Below the pieces are notes generated by a model. The model searched no databases. It had not been told where the DNA came from and was given only the letters and a program-made list of their open reading frames with translations. This document shows, in pieces, positions 26,135 through 39,914 of a stretch of DNA of 64,000 nt. Source of the stretch: Octopus bimaculoides (taxonomy: Eukaryota); NCBI RefSeq assembly GCF_001194135.2, contig NC_068987.1, forward strand, positions 96,410,715-96,474,714, read 5' to 3'. Each line of letters starts with the position of its first letter. Positions within the stretch are counted from its first letter, which is position 1. Made by a program: the position numbers and the translations under genes.

Positions 26135-26695
26135 ATTAAATCTACTCCAGCACTTGACTGGTACTTTATTTTATCAACCCTGGAAGGCAAAGTTGATTTT
26201 GGCATGATTTGAACTCAGGACATAAAAAGTGTTATAACAAAATGCTACAATATTTTGTACATTACCATACTGATTCTAACAGTAATAGATATTCTTGATC
26301 TCTAACGCTGGTCCAAAGCCATAACTGATACTGGTTTCAAATTTTGACACAAGGTCAGAATTTATGGGAGTTTTGAAGGAGGGGGTAAATCAATTACATC
26401 GACCCCAGTACCCAACCTGAAAGTACCCGACCCCAAAAGGACAAAAAGGCAAAGTCAACCTCAGTGGAATCTGAACTCACAACATAAAAATGAATGAAAT
26501 ACTGCAAAACATTTTGGCTGGTGTGCTAATGATTCTGCCAGCTCACTGCTGTCAGGCCATATCTGATGTTGGTTTCAAATCTTGGCACAAGGCCAGCAAT
26601 TTCACAGGAGGCAGTAAGTTGATTACACTGACCACTATGTTCAACTGGTACTTATTTTATCGACCCCAAAACAATGAAAGGCAAAGCCAACTACG
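26135..26695 (-). mobile_element. Cluster of three SINE family B copies or fragments
   Basis: Repeated ctggtactt.ttttatc.acccc....aggcaaagt blocks at about 26158, 26400 and 26645. Confidence 0.7.
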
Positions 26696-26699
26696 GGTA

Positions 26700-26835
26700 C
26701 TACTAATTTTTTCCAGCTGAGTGGATACAAACAATAAGAAATAAAGTGTCTTGCTGAAGGACCATAATGCACCGTCAGAAATCGAATTTACAATTGTGAA
26801 CTGAACACCCTAACCACTAAGCCATATGCCTTCAC
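26700..26835 (-). mobile_element. Different tRNA-derived SINE fragment (family E)
   Basis: Minus strand ggcatatggcttagtggttagggtgtt (A box) ... gtccttcagcaagacactttat conserved-domain-like block. Confidence 0.55.
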
Positions 26836-27590
26836 AGATATAACTGGAACCCACAAGTTGATATTTTATTGAAATAGAGAAGTGGACCAAGGTCAGTGAG
26901 AACAGAAAGGGATATAATTAAATAGTACCAAAACACATTTTGTCAGTTATCCACAGTTTTATGTTGTTGTTGATGATGATGGATAATGATGATGAATACT
27001 TCTCAGATGGGGACAAGAATTCAGATATACAGAAAGTGGTATGCGATGGTGTAATGTTGATGCTTGTCTGAAAGATATCAGGTTATTTAAATGAAGAGAA
27101 ATGGCTTTAACCAGGAACTGGGAAAAGTTTACTAAATTCAAACTAGGTTTCTGATACAGGCACACTCAAAAGAATTTTTCATTTTTGTTTTCACTCTCTG
27201 ATAGGTGGTGGTGGTGGTAGTAGTAGTAAAATAAAAGAAGAAAAAATGAAGAGGGAACGAATGAGAACTAAAAAAACGAAAGTAGCAGCTAGAAGAATAG
27301 TGATGGCAAAAAAAATAAACAAATAAAAAAGAAAAATGAACAAAAAAAGACAGAAGAATGAAGATGAAAAAGAAAGGAAAAGAAAGAAAGAGGTAAAAAG
27401 GTAATCATTTCTAACTGATAAGGAAACTAAAACAAAAATTATCCTGAATGGAAAAAAAGATGATGTTGAGAAGAGAATACAAAAAGGCAAAATGAAATAA
27501 TTGAAAGTAAATTTCATAAAAGAAAATTTCTAAGCTCAACTTGTTGATTACATATACAAACTCATATCTATGTATGTGTATGATATGAGT

Positions 27591-27638
<48 letters not shown>

Positions 27639-28669
27639 GGCATATGTTTATATGAGTAGTGAGGGAGTATATTTCTAGCTTTATTTTTTTATCTTGCTTC
27701 CTAATTATTTTTGACATCTGACAATCATCATCATTTTACATCCTTCTTCTATATAAACAACACATAACAACTAAAAAATCTGGATGTAGTTGAATATGGT
27801 TATATATGTATGTATGTATGTATACACACACAGGGTGGACCATAAGTTGCACAAGAGTTGAACATTTCAATAAATAACTTTCAACTTGTTTACTACAGAA
27901 TTGTGTTTGATATATTTTAGTTCCCATGCAAATTATGAACTATTATATATTATTATGATAATAGCTGGCCCTGTACCATCAAAAATGATGGCTAATTGTA
28001 GTATTTTATATATAAATAAATATGGATGGTAAATCAAATTAATACACTTGTCAATGTTCACATACATTCACATATTTCCCTTGTACATGCCCATACATTC
28101 ACATATTTCCCTTGTACATGCACACACATACACACATATACTCACACAGAGTTGAAACGCTGTTTGATTTTTCTTTTCAGCATTGAATGTTCACTATCCC
28201 ACCAGTTTGTGACCACCCCTTCCTTTCTCATTCATATGCTGTGATGGAGAAAAACACAGGAGTATTATTATAGTTGATAATATAATATAGAAAGGCAGAC
28301 TGACAAAATTGTTAGAGTTTCAGGTAGAATATCTTGCAGTATTCATTCCAGCTCTCTACACTCTAGGTTCAAATCCTCTAGGATGATACATAAAGAGTCC
28401 AGTGCCAAAGTCAATTCCTTTCTCTCTATATATATATATTTCTTTTTCCTTGTCTTTCTGAGTTGTAGTTGTAAAATTGAAAAGTATAACCTGCCACATA
28501 TTGTTCATTGCTGATAGGTTTGAGAACAGAATTAATAAAAATACACATACCTGTAGAATACTGAGCTTTTTGCACTTTTGTGAACAGGAACCCAGTTCAC
28601 TGAACACCTGAAAGTTCATTGTTAACACCAATGAAGAATCTTCCATATGCGTGTATAAATGCATATGCA

Positions 28670-28812
<143 letters not shown>

Positions 28813-31800
28813 AAACTGAAGCAACAATATTTATGTTCAAAGTCGTAAATAGTGATGGGTTTATTTTACCAGTAGACTAGATACCTTCCCTTTTCTCTCT
28901 CTCTCTTGGTCTGTCTGTCTCTTATTCAAACAGACACACACACTTTCTCCCCACTTCTCTCTCACACACAGTTTCTTCTCCCTCTCTCTCTCATATACAC
29001 AGAGCAAAAGTAAAACAATGGTAACTTTTGAGCACTTTTAAAGGTGATTAAAAACAAGCTATTAATGAGGTTTTGTGTTTTTAAATAAAATGTAAGCCTT
29101 TGTTGAGGAATATGTTCAAATCATTAGTGAAGTCCTGTTTTGAATATATGATAAAATATTTGGTTACATATTGGTAAACATAAAATACAACAGTATTTTC
29201 TATCAGCCGGCTGATATTAAGTGATAATTTTATTCCAGTAGATATGGTATGCAATTGGTAATTTCAAAAGTGATAAAATTTTAGTTACACATGCAGGCAA
29301 CACAATGAGGTAATAAAAGTGAACAAAAAGAATAGAAGACAAAATGAAACAATAAAAGACATTTTTAAACCTTTTAAAATTGGACGACCATTTTTGGCAT
29401 CCATTTTTTTTTTACTCATTTAATTTGTTTTACTATTATTATCATCAGTGCAATTTCATGACTGAATACTGATTCTTTGGACTCACATGAGTCACGTCCC
29501 AGATAATATCTTTTAAAAGCAGTTCATGCTTCATGAGAGCAAAAAAAAAACACAAAACAAAACATGTTCATATTCTCAAATCAGAATATGAAGTGGATTG
29601 CAAGTGAGAAACATCTAAAATCAACCAGAAATAATTTCAAAGTCTAGTTATTAACTGGGTTCTAACATTCTTGTTTAAGTTTCATTTACTTGTTTTTGAA
29701 TATCAGTCAAATTCTTTGTTTTTAAACGTGTGGTAATATAAATAAAATACCACACAAATAGTTTGACTTGCTCCAACACAACTGTTTGAGACTTAACAAC
29801 AATAACAGCAAGCACACATTTTTTCTTATTTATTTACCCACACAACTCAAAAAGAGCTCCCATTTTCTGTAGTTTTATTACCTACATTATCAAAAATCTT
29901 TGTTGTATTCATCTGACAAAAGATGTGGCCTAAGATTCTGTGCTCAAACTATAAGAATTCCATTAAACTGGTTAATTTAAAACACTTATAAGGTGCTAAA
30001 ATGCAGTATCACTTTTTCACTAGTAGCTGTCTATTGTAACATAAAACTCGTTTCAGTTGATTATATTATGAGATATGCTACTAAAAGTATTCTTCTATAA
30101 TGATGTATATTACTGAAAATATTAACCAAGCGATTGTGAATACAAGTGTAAGAGTATTGATACTAACCTGCCTGAAACTATCTCTAGGTTTGATACACTA
30201 GGTCCTGACTTAAGTATTCATAATTAAATATAAACATCCATCATCAGTTTAATAATGATAATGTTATTCTACTAATTCACTTCAAATTCATTAGTTTCAA
30301 AATTAATTGCATTATCTATACAGTATATTTCTCTTCAAATATGGTCTGAAATGGGTTAAATGATCGATATCGCACTACTATGAGGCAAGTAATTATTGAA
30401 AAATGTTTATGAAATAAATAGATAAATAAATAAATTCAAAGCTGAAATGTTGTATAAATGATATCAAATAAAACAGCAGATATTTGAAAATCAATCAATC
30501 AACCAACCAACCCCCAAAAATCAATGCTTATTTATTTATCTCATACAAGTGTAACAGACAGAAGCAGTTACCAAGTTACCACACTTTTCAAAATCACAAA
30601 TATCCATCAAATTTCAAAGTCACAAAATAAAAATTTCAAAGTAAACAAAGCATTAAGAAGAAAAACTACTTAATTTAATTAGCAATAATTAGATTATCAA
30701 AAAGCATATATAAAAAGATACACATGTATTTCAGACTCATCCAGTCAATACTAATTCTTTCAAATCTACAAGATACAACAGAGGCTCAGTTCTCAACTCT
30801 AGATTCCACAGAAATTAAGAAGAGTAATTAAGTTTCCCCCTTGGATAAGATGTTGGTTTAGTGTAGGTAGGTTTGTTCATGGAAGGAATTGGACTTAGAA
30901 CTTCAAGTTAATGAAATACTGGTTAATTTCATAAACATGCTACTGCTAAAAACATCACTATATGATACCTACTTTCAGACAGGTGAGCTGAAATGTTAAA
31001 AGCTACAAATCTTTGTCTTGAGCTATGAATCTTTGACTTGGACACAACCCAATGCTGATCACATGAGCCATTCAAACTAACCTGAGAGAGTGGGGATCAA
31101 AAGATAGCTAGTTATAGGTCAATGGCACCTGAAGACTTTGGAAAAATAGGACTGCTCTAAATGCAGTGTGACAATCAAAAACACAGAAGATCTTAATAGT
31201 CTTCAGCCTATCCAGTTGTAAGAAGGTACTACAGAATGGATAAAGTTCCTTTCTCAGCAAATTGTAAAATTGATGAATTCAGCCATTAGTTTGTGATTTT
31301 CGGTTCAAATTTCTAAGAAAAAGTGCCCTTTAGTGACAGAGTTAATTGGTTATTGAACCAACCCATAAAATATGCCATGATGTCATGGCCATATCAAGGA
31401 CATGAAGGAAATAGAGCTGGTGAGATTGGTACAAGCAATAAAGAGCCATAACAGATGATTTATGGTATCAAGTTTGATTCTTCTTCCTGTTGCTGAATAA
31501 CAAACTTGCCAGGAAGGGATCAACATTAGTTTTCATAAGGCTGATTTGAACTAGCTTCACTTCACTCCCTCCTGTACAAAATAGGTCTTGTGTACAGTCC
31601 AAACATCTTTATTTAGATGTTTATATATATTATGTACACAAAGGGTCACTAGCCAATAAGAGAGCTTCTAAGTGGTTACTAAACATGCTAGAAATAGCAA
31701 CCATGTCTCATTTAAATCATACCTTACCATCTTAAAAAGCAGGACACATTAAACAATGTAGTCCTAAATGCACAAAATCTATATAAAAAAAAGATGCCCT

Positions 31801-33146
31801 TTGATGATAGGTCTGCTGGATCAGGGCTGATCTGAGGGTTAAACAACAAGAATGTAGAGAATCATGGACAGTGAAGAGGTTTTTAGTTTATGTTTAGTTA
31901 TTAACTATATTGAAATGTCACTAAAGATTTTTGACTTTCATTAGATCAGTCTTTGAAACAGTAGACAGGTGTAGTGATGGAAGACGCAGTTCACACTGGC
32001 AATGCACTGTTAAACTAACGAATGCCTCATTAAAAACCAGTGCTGAGATTAACTCCTCAAATTCTCCCATGGAAGAAGACACTACCAGAAGTATTATAGG
32101 TGACTGCCACAAAGATGAAATCAACTAGGGGTTTACGATTCTTTAACTTTCACATCTCCAGTCCACTTGGATAAAAATATTATGTGTAAGTTATCTGGCT
32201 ACAAGAGGGAGGCCACTGTGTTTGCTTGACCAACCTACTAGAACTTTCAGCCAAATCTCCCTCAAATTATACTCTATCTTAAAAAGAACACATTCCATAA
32301 TATAGTCATAGATTCATTGTATTCAAAAGGATTGGCTGGTCAGGGATAGAAAGACTTTGACCATAAGTCTTACAGAATATGGTTAAGCTGGACAAAGCAA
32401 CAACATCAACAACTAGGATTATGTTTGGTTACAATATCAAGTTCAGGTCCTCAAAAGAACGGAAAGCTGCTTCAGTATTTCAGCTTCAGACTCATGTATC
32501 AAAACTCAGCCGGCACTGGCATTAGACATGTCCTCATGTCAATTATGAATTGGTGTGCAACAGTCAATTCCATGTTAAATTCAATAAGCTCAGGCAAACA
32601 ACTCACCCTAGACAGATATTTAACTATAATGAACATCACCAAAAATCCTTCAGCATCATAGCAATCCACGTTAGGAATGAAAAGTGCAAGGGAAAGGGAG
32701 AAAGACAGAAAAAGAAGGAAAGAGACATCTCTGAATAAAACAGTATTAAATTAAATTTTAAGAAACAAGAAAAATCATGGGTATGTAATATTATCATTAT
32801 TCATATTATTATTACCATTTTTGTTTATGTAAATAACTTGTGTAGCCTGATTATTTCAATAAAACCCTCACCTTTAGCTGTTTAAAAAAATGGCTACTAG
32901 ATATTTTGAGAAGAGGAAAGTTTTAAACAATCCAAGTCTGTAGACTGGACTTATATTCCACATGGGACAATTCATTTGTTAAAGATGTTGAGTGGTCAAT
33001 GTCAGATCAACAAGATGGTAAGCCAATCCAAACAATAAGGTTTGGTACAACCTACAGATCATAGGTTATTATTATCATTATTTTTTTTTTTCATACAAAG
33101 GTGTTAGTTATGGTGATGGAATGAAGTTGTTTAGAACGGGTCTTAC

Positions 33147-33233
33147 CGCTTGGTTTCTTTTTCTGCAATTATCTGGCCTAGTTTTCGAGCAGTCTCTTCA
33201 GCAGCCAATTTCTCGGCTTCCAATGGCTTTAGC
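33147..33233 (-). CDS. RUFY2: RUFY-family (RUN and FYVE domain protein, RUFY1/2-like) coding exon, coiled coil; first exon visible in window
   Basis: cccctag|G acceptor, CG|gtaaga donor, 87 nt, phase 2-2. Encodes (R)LKPLEAEKLAAEETARKLGQIIAEKETK(R) and joins in frame to the 16127 exon. The symbol is family-level; paralog assignment is not resolved. Confidence 0.85.
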
Positions 33234-36149
33234 CTAGGGGTGACAAGGCAGGGTGGCGCACACAATGACAGCAGACGAAGATGAGAAGGAAGAGGAGGAG
33301 CCAGCAGGATGCAGCATGCAAAAGAAAAAAAAAGAGCACACTCGTTGGTAGAAGTCATTTATGGCATGACACAACATCATAACGTGCTGTTGCTGCTGCT
33401 GCTTCCACTGCTGTGGTAGGGTGGGAATTGGGCTTTGAGGGGAGACCAAGATGGCTGTGAAAAGGGCGGGTCAGCTGTTTCAAAATTTAAGAGGCAAAAA
33501 AAAAAAAATTATTTTCAATGAAATTAAAAAAATTTACCATATGCATTCTGATATAGAATTTGGGCAGGGAGAAGAGTTGGGGTGATGGTTTGGTTATAGT
33601 AATAATGGTAGTGTGGTGGTGATTAAAAGACAACTTTCTAAGTCTGAATTAGCCAATAAATTTCCTTCTCTTTATTCACCAGCTTGGAAGTTTCAATATA
33701 TGTGTGTGTTTAAAATCATGAACTATATTTTCAATCAAGCCTGAGGTTGTGGCACTATTTAAATTCTAAAATAGAAGTTGAAGCCATCAACCCCAAAAAG
33801 ACAATTCTAAATCACTGATGAAAAGTTATACTATAATGAGGTCAGTGAATATTATCTGGTATCTATGTCTTGGTAGTTGCAACAAATGAGTTCATCAGGG
33901 TACTTGTCACATAAAGAACAATAGGTATTTCATCTACAGCTAAACATTTTTTTCTTTCTTTTACCTTACCTTGGGCATTTGCCATTCCTGTGGCAATAGA
34001 AAGGAGATAGTGAGCTGAGATAGGATGGAAGATATAACTGGCAATGAGTAAAATGATTCTGATAAGAGGGTGAATTGAAAGATTTCATAGCAAAATAATA
34101 TTTCTTGTCACGTTAACAAAAATTATATATCAAAAAATGAAAATAATCATAACAATAAAATTGTAGTCTGAAATTATTGCAAAACAACCTATTATTCTAA
34201 GCAGCAACAATCTATAAAATATTACAATTGATAGCTATAGGATAATAATATCCTATAGTTATCTAGTACAGCAACCAATACTTCTAAAATAACAACAATC
34301 TATAAACTCAGCAATCTTTAGTGAACTTTCACAATAGCTGCAGAAGCAAGTGACAAAAGTCAAGTGAGTGTTTGTTTATATGCCAATTAAAAACAGTCCA
34401 ATAAACGTAATGATGCTCTATGAGACACTCCATAAATGAGTATTCAGCACATGGGGGAAAAAATCTGTATCTAAACATATAAGTTCTTTACACTCTGTAT
34501 GTGTGTGTGTTTGTACATACACACACACACACACACACATGTACACACAATATAGAAAAAATTACTAGAGTGAATATGTGTATTGACTAGTGTAATTAAG
34601 TTAACTAATCATCAATTAAAAGAAGGTTTCACCATTAGGATTTTTTTAGTATCCCATATAAAAAAATCCTATGGCTACAATTGTTCAGTAATGAATAGTT
34701 AACTTAAATAATTTGTTTGATACTCACATACACATATGTACAATACACACACAAATTGTTAAATGTATACACAAATAACAGGGAGAGACTCAAGTAGTAC
34801 ATATGAAACCAACTGAAAATTAATGTGTAAGCTGGTGAATTGCAGTGCAAAGATAAGATGTATTCAAATAAATGTGCCAATAAATGTAACAAAAAAACAA
34901 ACAAAAAAAACAAACTTATGGCTCTTTTACAGAGTTTTGAAATTGTATGATATTTTTAGCAAATAAACTCTCTACAACTGTCATAGCTAAACCCACTTAA
35001 TTGCAATAGAAAAGTACATTTACCATGAAGAGTCTTTCAGATATTGATTTACATAGATCTAAGAGCGAAAAAAAAAAAAAAAATTAAAATGGAGGTGACT
35101 CTTGGGAAGTAATTTCTTTTCTTTTTTAACATGCCACTAGCATACATGGAAACCCCAGTTTTGTCTTTCCCTCACTCTCAGACGAAGGAGGGGTAAAATG
35201 ATCTTTACCTGTATAATCTCTCAATCTTTTGGACTTTAATCCAAAACAGTATTGGCAGCAGAAATATATTTACGTACACAAAATAAGCAATATCATGAAA
35301 CACAACAAAGCAACATACCAGTCTAACAAAACCAAGAAAATGAGCCAAGGAAAATCTAACTTGAAAGAACTATCAAACCAAACCTCTTGCAAATCACTCT
35401 AATGTCTTAAAAGAAGAACATGCAAAATAATGTGGTCCTAAATGCACAATACCTGAAAGAAATATGGGATAATAATGACTAAAACACCTTTGGTCATAAA
35501 TCTATACAATTGGAGCTTACTTGAGATTACATAGCAACAACTAGTTGTTGCCAGCTTTGCTAGAAATTAGTTCAATAATGCTGCAAATAACATCTTATTC
35601 ACAGCTCAACCGACCAACAACACAATTCTCATTTCTTCTATGATGAAGGGTTCTGCTTGAAATGGTAGAATTACCAGTTCTCACAGCATACAAACTTATT
35701 CCATTTTGCAAACTTTGTATTGCTGTATCCATGCCATCAACCTCAAACATCACATTCTAATGAATTTCTAACATATTTAAAAATGAGATAACCAACAAGG
35801 GAGCCTCTATGTACTTGTTCAACTTCACAGAAATAACAACCAAATCTCCCTCAAACCACACCTTACCATTTTAAGAAAGGAAGAACACATTGGATGCTTT
35901 AATCCTGGATATACAAAATGACAGAATGGTCATGGCTGGGACACAGTTGATCATGGGTCTGTTGAATCAAGGCTGACCTGGGAACTAAACAACAACAACA
36001 TGACAAATTATGTACTGTGAACCTCAGCTACAAATTCAAACATGAAATATCCAAGAAACTGGGTCCTTCTTAAGCTTTCTGTCAGCCATTCCTGTACCTT
36101 AGATATACTTTATCAGATTTGATTCTCCTTTATTCTACAAGTTAGACAA

Positions 36150-36180
<31 letters not shown>

Positions 36181-37404
36181 NNNNNNNNNNNNNNNNNNNN
36201 NNNNNNNNNNNNNNNNNNNNNNNNNNNNNNNNNNNNNNNNNNNNNNNNNNNNNNNNNNNNNNNNNNNNNNNNNNNNNNNNNNNNNNNNNNNNNNNNNNNN
36301 NNNNNNNNNNNNNNNNNNNNNNNNNNNNNNNNNNNNNNNNNNNNNNNNNNNNNNNNNNNNNNNNNNNNNNNNNNNNNNNNNNNNNNNNNNNNNNNNNNNN
36401 NNNNNNNNNNNNNNNNNNNNNNNNNNNNNAGTGACGGAAAGAAAAATAAATCAAAATTAACATCAAAATATTTCCCACTCATGAACAGAAGTTTGAAATG
36501 TTTGTTCTGTTAACCTGTGGTACTCTGTCTAACTTATGCACCATTCTCTAAATATATAAAATATGACACCTTTACAGAGATATGAATTTGGAGAAGAGAA
36601 AAAGGAGTCAGTGACAGAAGACATGTGAAGATTATAACAGTTGAGATATTATTAAGGATATGAAGATGACTAGAAAACAAAGTTAATAGATGACGACAGA
36701 AGACGATAACAGTAGAAGATGGCAATGAGAGAAGACAATGACCAAAAAAAAAAAAAAAGATGGCAAAGGAAAACAATAACAAAGAAAATTACATAAGAAA
36801 TAAAAAGAGGAAGAAGATAAAAAGAGACAACAATAGTAAAAAAAAGATAATGACAACTAAATGCAACAAAAGGAAATGACAAGAGAAGAAACTGATGACA
36901 ATAAAAGAAAATGAGGAAAAAGAGGATTGTCCACCTCCACACTATAAACAACTATTAAGTTATAGAATAAAAGATGCCTCCAAAGTAACAAGTGAGAATG
37001 TAGTGTAGTTGATGACAGGTGGAAACTCCAGAACCCCTGCAGCTTTATATGAGCCCTAATTATATAGAGAACTTCATTAATTTTTCATACTTCAAAATTA
37101 TAAATTTAAATATTTTAAACAATACACACTCCAAGTTTCCATTGAAATGTGTTTTGCAAATACCATATTCTTTTCTAAATAGAAATATAACTGCATGTGC
37201 ATACACATGCATGCATGTGCAAACACACACACACACATGCGCGCTAATATCGGGCAGTGAGACTGACTGTTCAATACCACATTGGTGGGTAAATATTCTT
37301 TATTTCTGGGTTAATAAGACTATCAATGGTTTCATGAGAGCGGGATCTTCACAATTGTTCGAGCATGCAACATGGAAGTGTTGGTTCGCACATAATAAAT
37401 ATAA

Positions 37405-37449
<45 letters not shown>

Positions 37450-37465
37450 CATACATACATACATA

Positions 37466-38666
37466 CAGGGGTTGGGCAAAATAATTGGAACAGTAGAAAT
37501 TTAACTGCAATATTTCAGCGAGCCATTATACTATGAATATCCATCCAAATTTCATTGTGAGTGTTTTTTTTTGTATTGTAGATGTTTCTATTTATCTAAT
37601 TTAATGATTATTTCTATCTCTTTTTCAGATCATGGTATAAATTAAGCTAAGATGCATGACCTCACTGAGTTCAAAAAAGGGCAAATTGTTGGAGATCAAA
37701 TAGCAGGAGCTTCCATCACCAGAACAGCTGAACTCCTTGGTTTTTCCAGAGCTACTATATCAAGGACCATGTCTGAAACTGGAGTAAGTCTGGCAGGATT
37801 TTGAAGCTCACTGAAAGAGACTGATTAGTGTTGAATTGCATTGTGATGAAAAATCACCAGACAACTGCCTCTAAAGTGACTACAGAGTTGAATCAACATC
37901 TGACTAGCCCAGTTTCAACCAAAACTGTTCACTGTGAGCTCAGTAAAGCCGGATATCATGGAAGAGCCGCCATCAGGAAACCTCTGCTTTCTCATCAAAA
38001 CATTCAGAAAAGGCTGAACTGGTGTAGAGATCACAAGGGCTGGTCGACAGACCAATGGAAGAGAGTAATATTCTCTGACGAGTCCAGTTTTTCTCTTTTC
38101 CTCACTGCAGGGCAAGTTTATGTGTGGAGGCAGCCTGGGGAAGCTTTTAATCCTGACAGCCTTCTTCCTACAGTGAAGCACAAGGAGGGTCTGTGATGGT
38201 TTGGGCAGCCATTTCTTGGAATTCTCTAGGTTCAATAGTTGCCTTGCCTAGTAGGATCGACAGCAATGATTATCTGAATACTTTGGGAAATCAAGTCCTT
38301 CCCATGGTCCAGACATCATTCCAAGATGACAATGCTCCAATACACACCTCACATGTGGTTAAGAATTGGTATGAAGAACATAGTAGTGAGCTACAACACA
38401 TGGAGTGGCCCCCTTAATCTCCAGATCTTAATATTGAGCATCTATGGTACATCTTGGAGCGACAAGTTAGAAGTCGCTACCCTCCACTGACATGTCTGCA
38501 ACAGCTGGAGCAGATTTTGCAGGAAGAATGGCTCAAGATTCCTCTCAATGAAGTCAGGAAGCTAGATGCATTGAATCTGTTCAGAAAGCTAAAGGAGGAC
38601 CAACTCTATATTAAATAAATATGCATTGACTCTAACACGTGTTCCAGTTATTTTGTCCAACCCCTG
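37466..38666 (+). mobile_element. Tc1-family DNA transposon, full-length but inactivated
   Basis: 27-bp TIRs caggggttgggcaaaataattggaaca (2 mismatches), TA at the left end. Transposase relic about 37652-38614 with FSDESSF, QDDNAPIH and SPDLNIE (DD34E-type), with frameshifts and a stop. Confidence 0.93.
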
Positions 38667-38672
38667 TTCATT

Positions 38673-38723
<51 letters not shown>

Positions 38724-38731
38724 ATATATAT

Positions 38732-38955
38732 AGGTTCAAAAAAGAAAAACTACAAAAAAACAACAAAAAACAACAACGCAAGGACGTGATACAGATTGTG
38801 TTACTGGATGCTCGGGAAAGGAAAGAAAGAGAATTTGACGTTTCGAGCGGAGCTCTTCATCAGAAACATAGGACAGTCCAAAGAAGAGAAGACAGAGGAA
38901 GAAAACATTGCCAACGATATCCACGGGGTTACATTGTGGAATCAAGATTCTTCTC
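38732..38955 (-). mobile_element. Short (about 224 bp) hammerhead-bearing non-autonomous element (PLE pseudo-LTR or retrozyme-like)
   Basis: CpG-containing unit bounded on both sides by (TA)n and carrying the hammerhead. Same strand as, and about 1 kb 3' of, the Penelope-like relic. Confidence 0.55.
38833..38867 (-). ncRNA. Minimal type I hammerhead ribozyme (Penelope/retrozyme type)
   Basis: Minus strand GUUU-CUGAUGA-A-GAGC(UCC)GCUC-GAAA-CGUC/AAAU: intact core, 4-bp stem II, palindromic ACGU stem III, GUC triplet, 4-bp stem I. Confidence 0.75.
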
Positions 38956-39914
38956 AATATATATATATAGGTAGGTATTTAGGAAATCCAGCTGAGTACC
39001 ATGTGAAATCTTGGCTAATAGAATGTAAGGGAAGAAAATCAGTAGCAAGCATTCATTCAGTTAATTTGGATAACGTTCCATATAAACTGAAAATATGGGG
39101 AAATGTACCAGTTATGAAGTTGGTACATTCATCACAAAGTATAAAAGTAAACAAAGGAATGAAGATGAGGGTAATACATTTTTAATTAGGAGGCTTTTTT
39201 AATAATCAACATGATGGGTTATACATATGATAATTATATAAAACCATTAGATATTAAAAGAAACTTCATCCCTTGAGTCTACTTACAACGGTAACATAGA
39301 AAATAAATACCGGTTGGTTTCATTATTGAAATTTAGTCAAGTAAAAAGAGAAGGGTGCAGAAGACAATGTCATAAATTATAAACAGCAGGTTGATATGCT
39401 ACCAGAAAGTCACTCAAGTAGGGGGACTATAGAAACAAATTGTCGTATTAGTTCCTGAACGTTAAATCTGTTGTAAACAAAGAGCAAGAAGCTAAAATAA
39501 AGGTACAGATTATAGCTTAAGAGATCAATATGTGTATGGTCAGACAGGCTTAGATCATTTAAGATTGAACTAAATAAATTGATTAGCTATGTTAGAAATT
39601 ATTGAAGCAAAACATTTTGAAATAAGGAGTATATTTATAGATTCACCAGTGATAACATGAAAGTTAATAAAAAAAACAAAGATGCTAACCTTAACATTAT
39701 CTAATTCAATTAAGTTAGTTAATTGGAATTTTTAAGAATGCTTTATTGAATTGGTAGGAATACCAAATAAATAGTTTCTTACATTTATGAATTAGATTGA
39801 ATTTACATTTAAGGATTAGATTGAATTTACATTTAAGGATTTCTAGTGCCCCCATTTAAGGATTTCTAGAACACAGGCTGCAACTACCCTTGCTCTCTTT
39901 GTGCAGAAGTGCAG

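Noticed and set aside
31921-32128. Overlapping 65-67 aa ORFs on both strands
   Set aside because: No recognisable homology, and the minus-strand acceptor hits a stop in the required phase.
32500-32609. tctag|G-GTGAGT on minus, followed by a 35-codon phase-2 ORF
   Set aside because: Not a true AG|GT recursive site because of the extra G. The peptide is not recognisable and the pyrimidine tract is weak.
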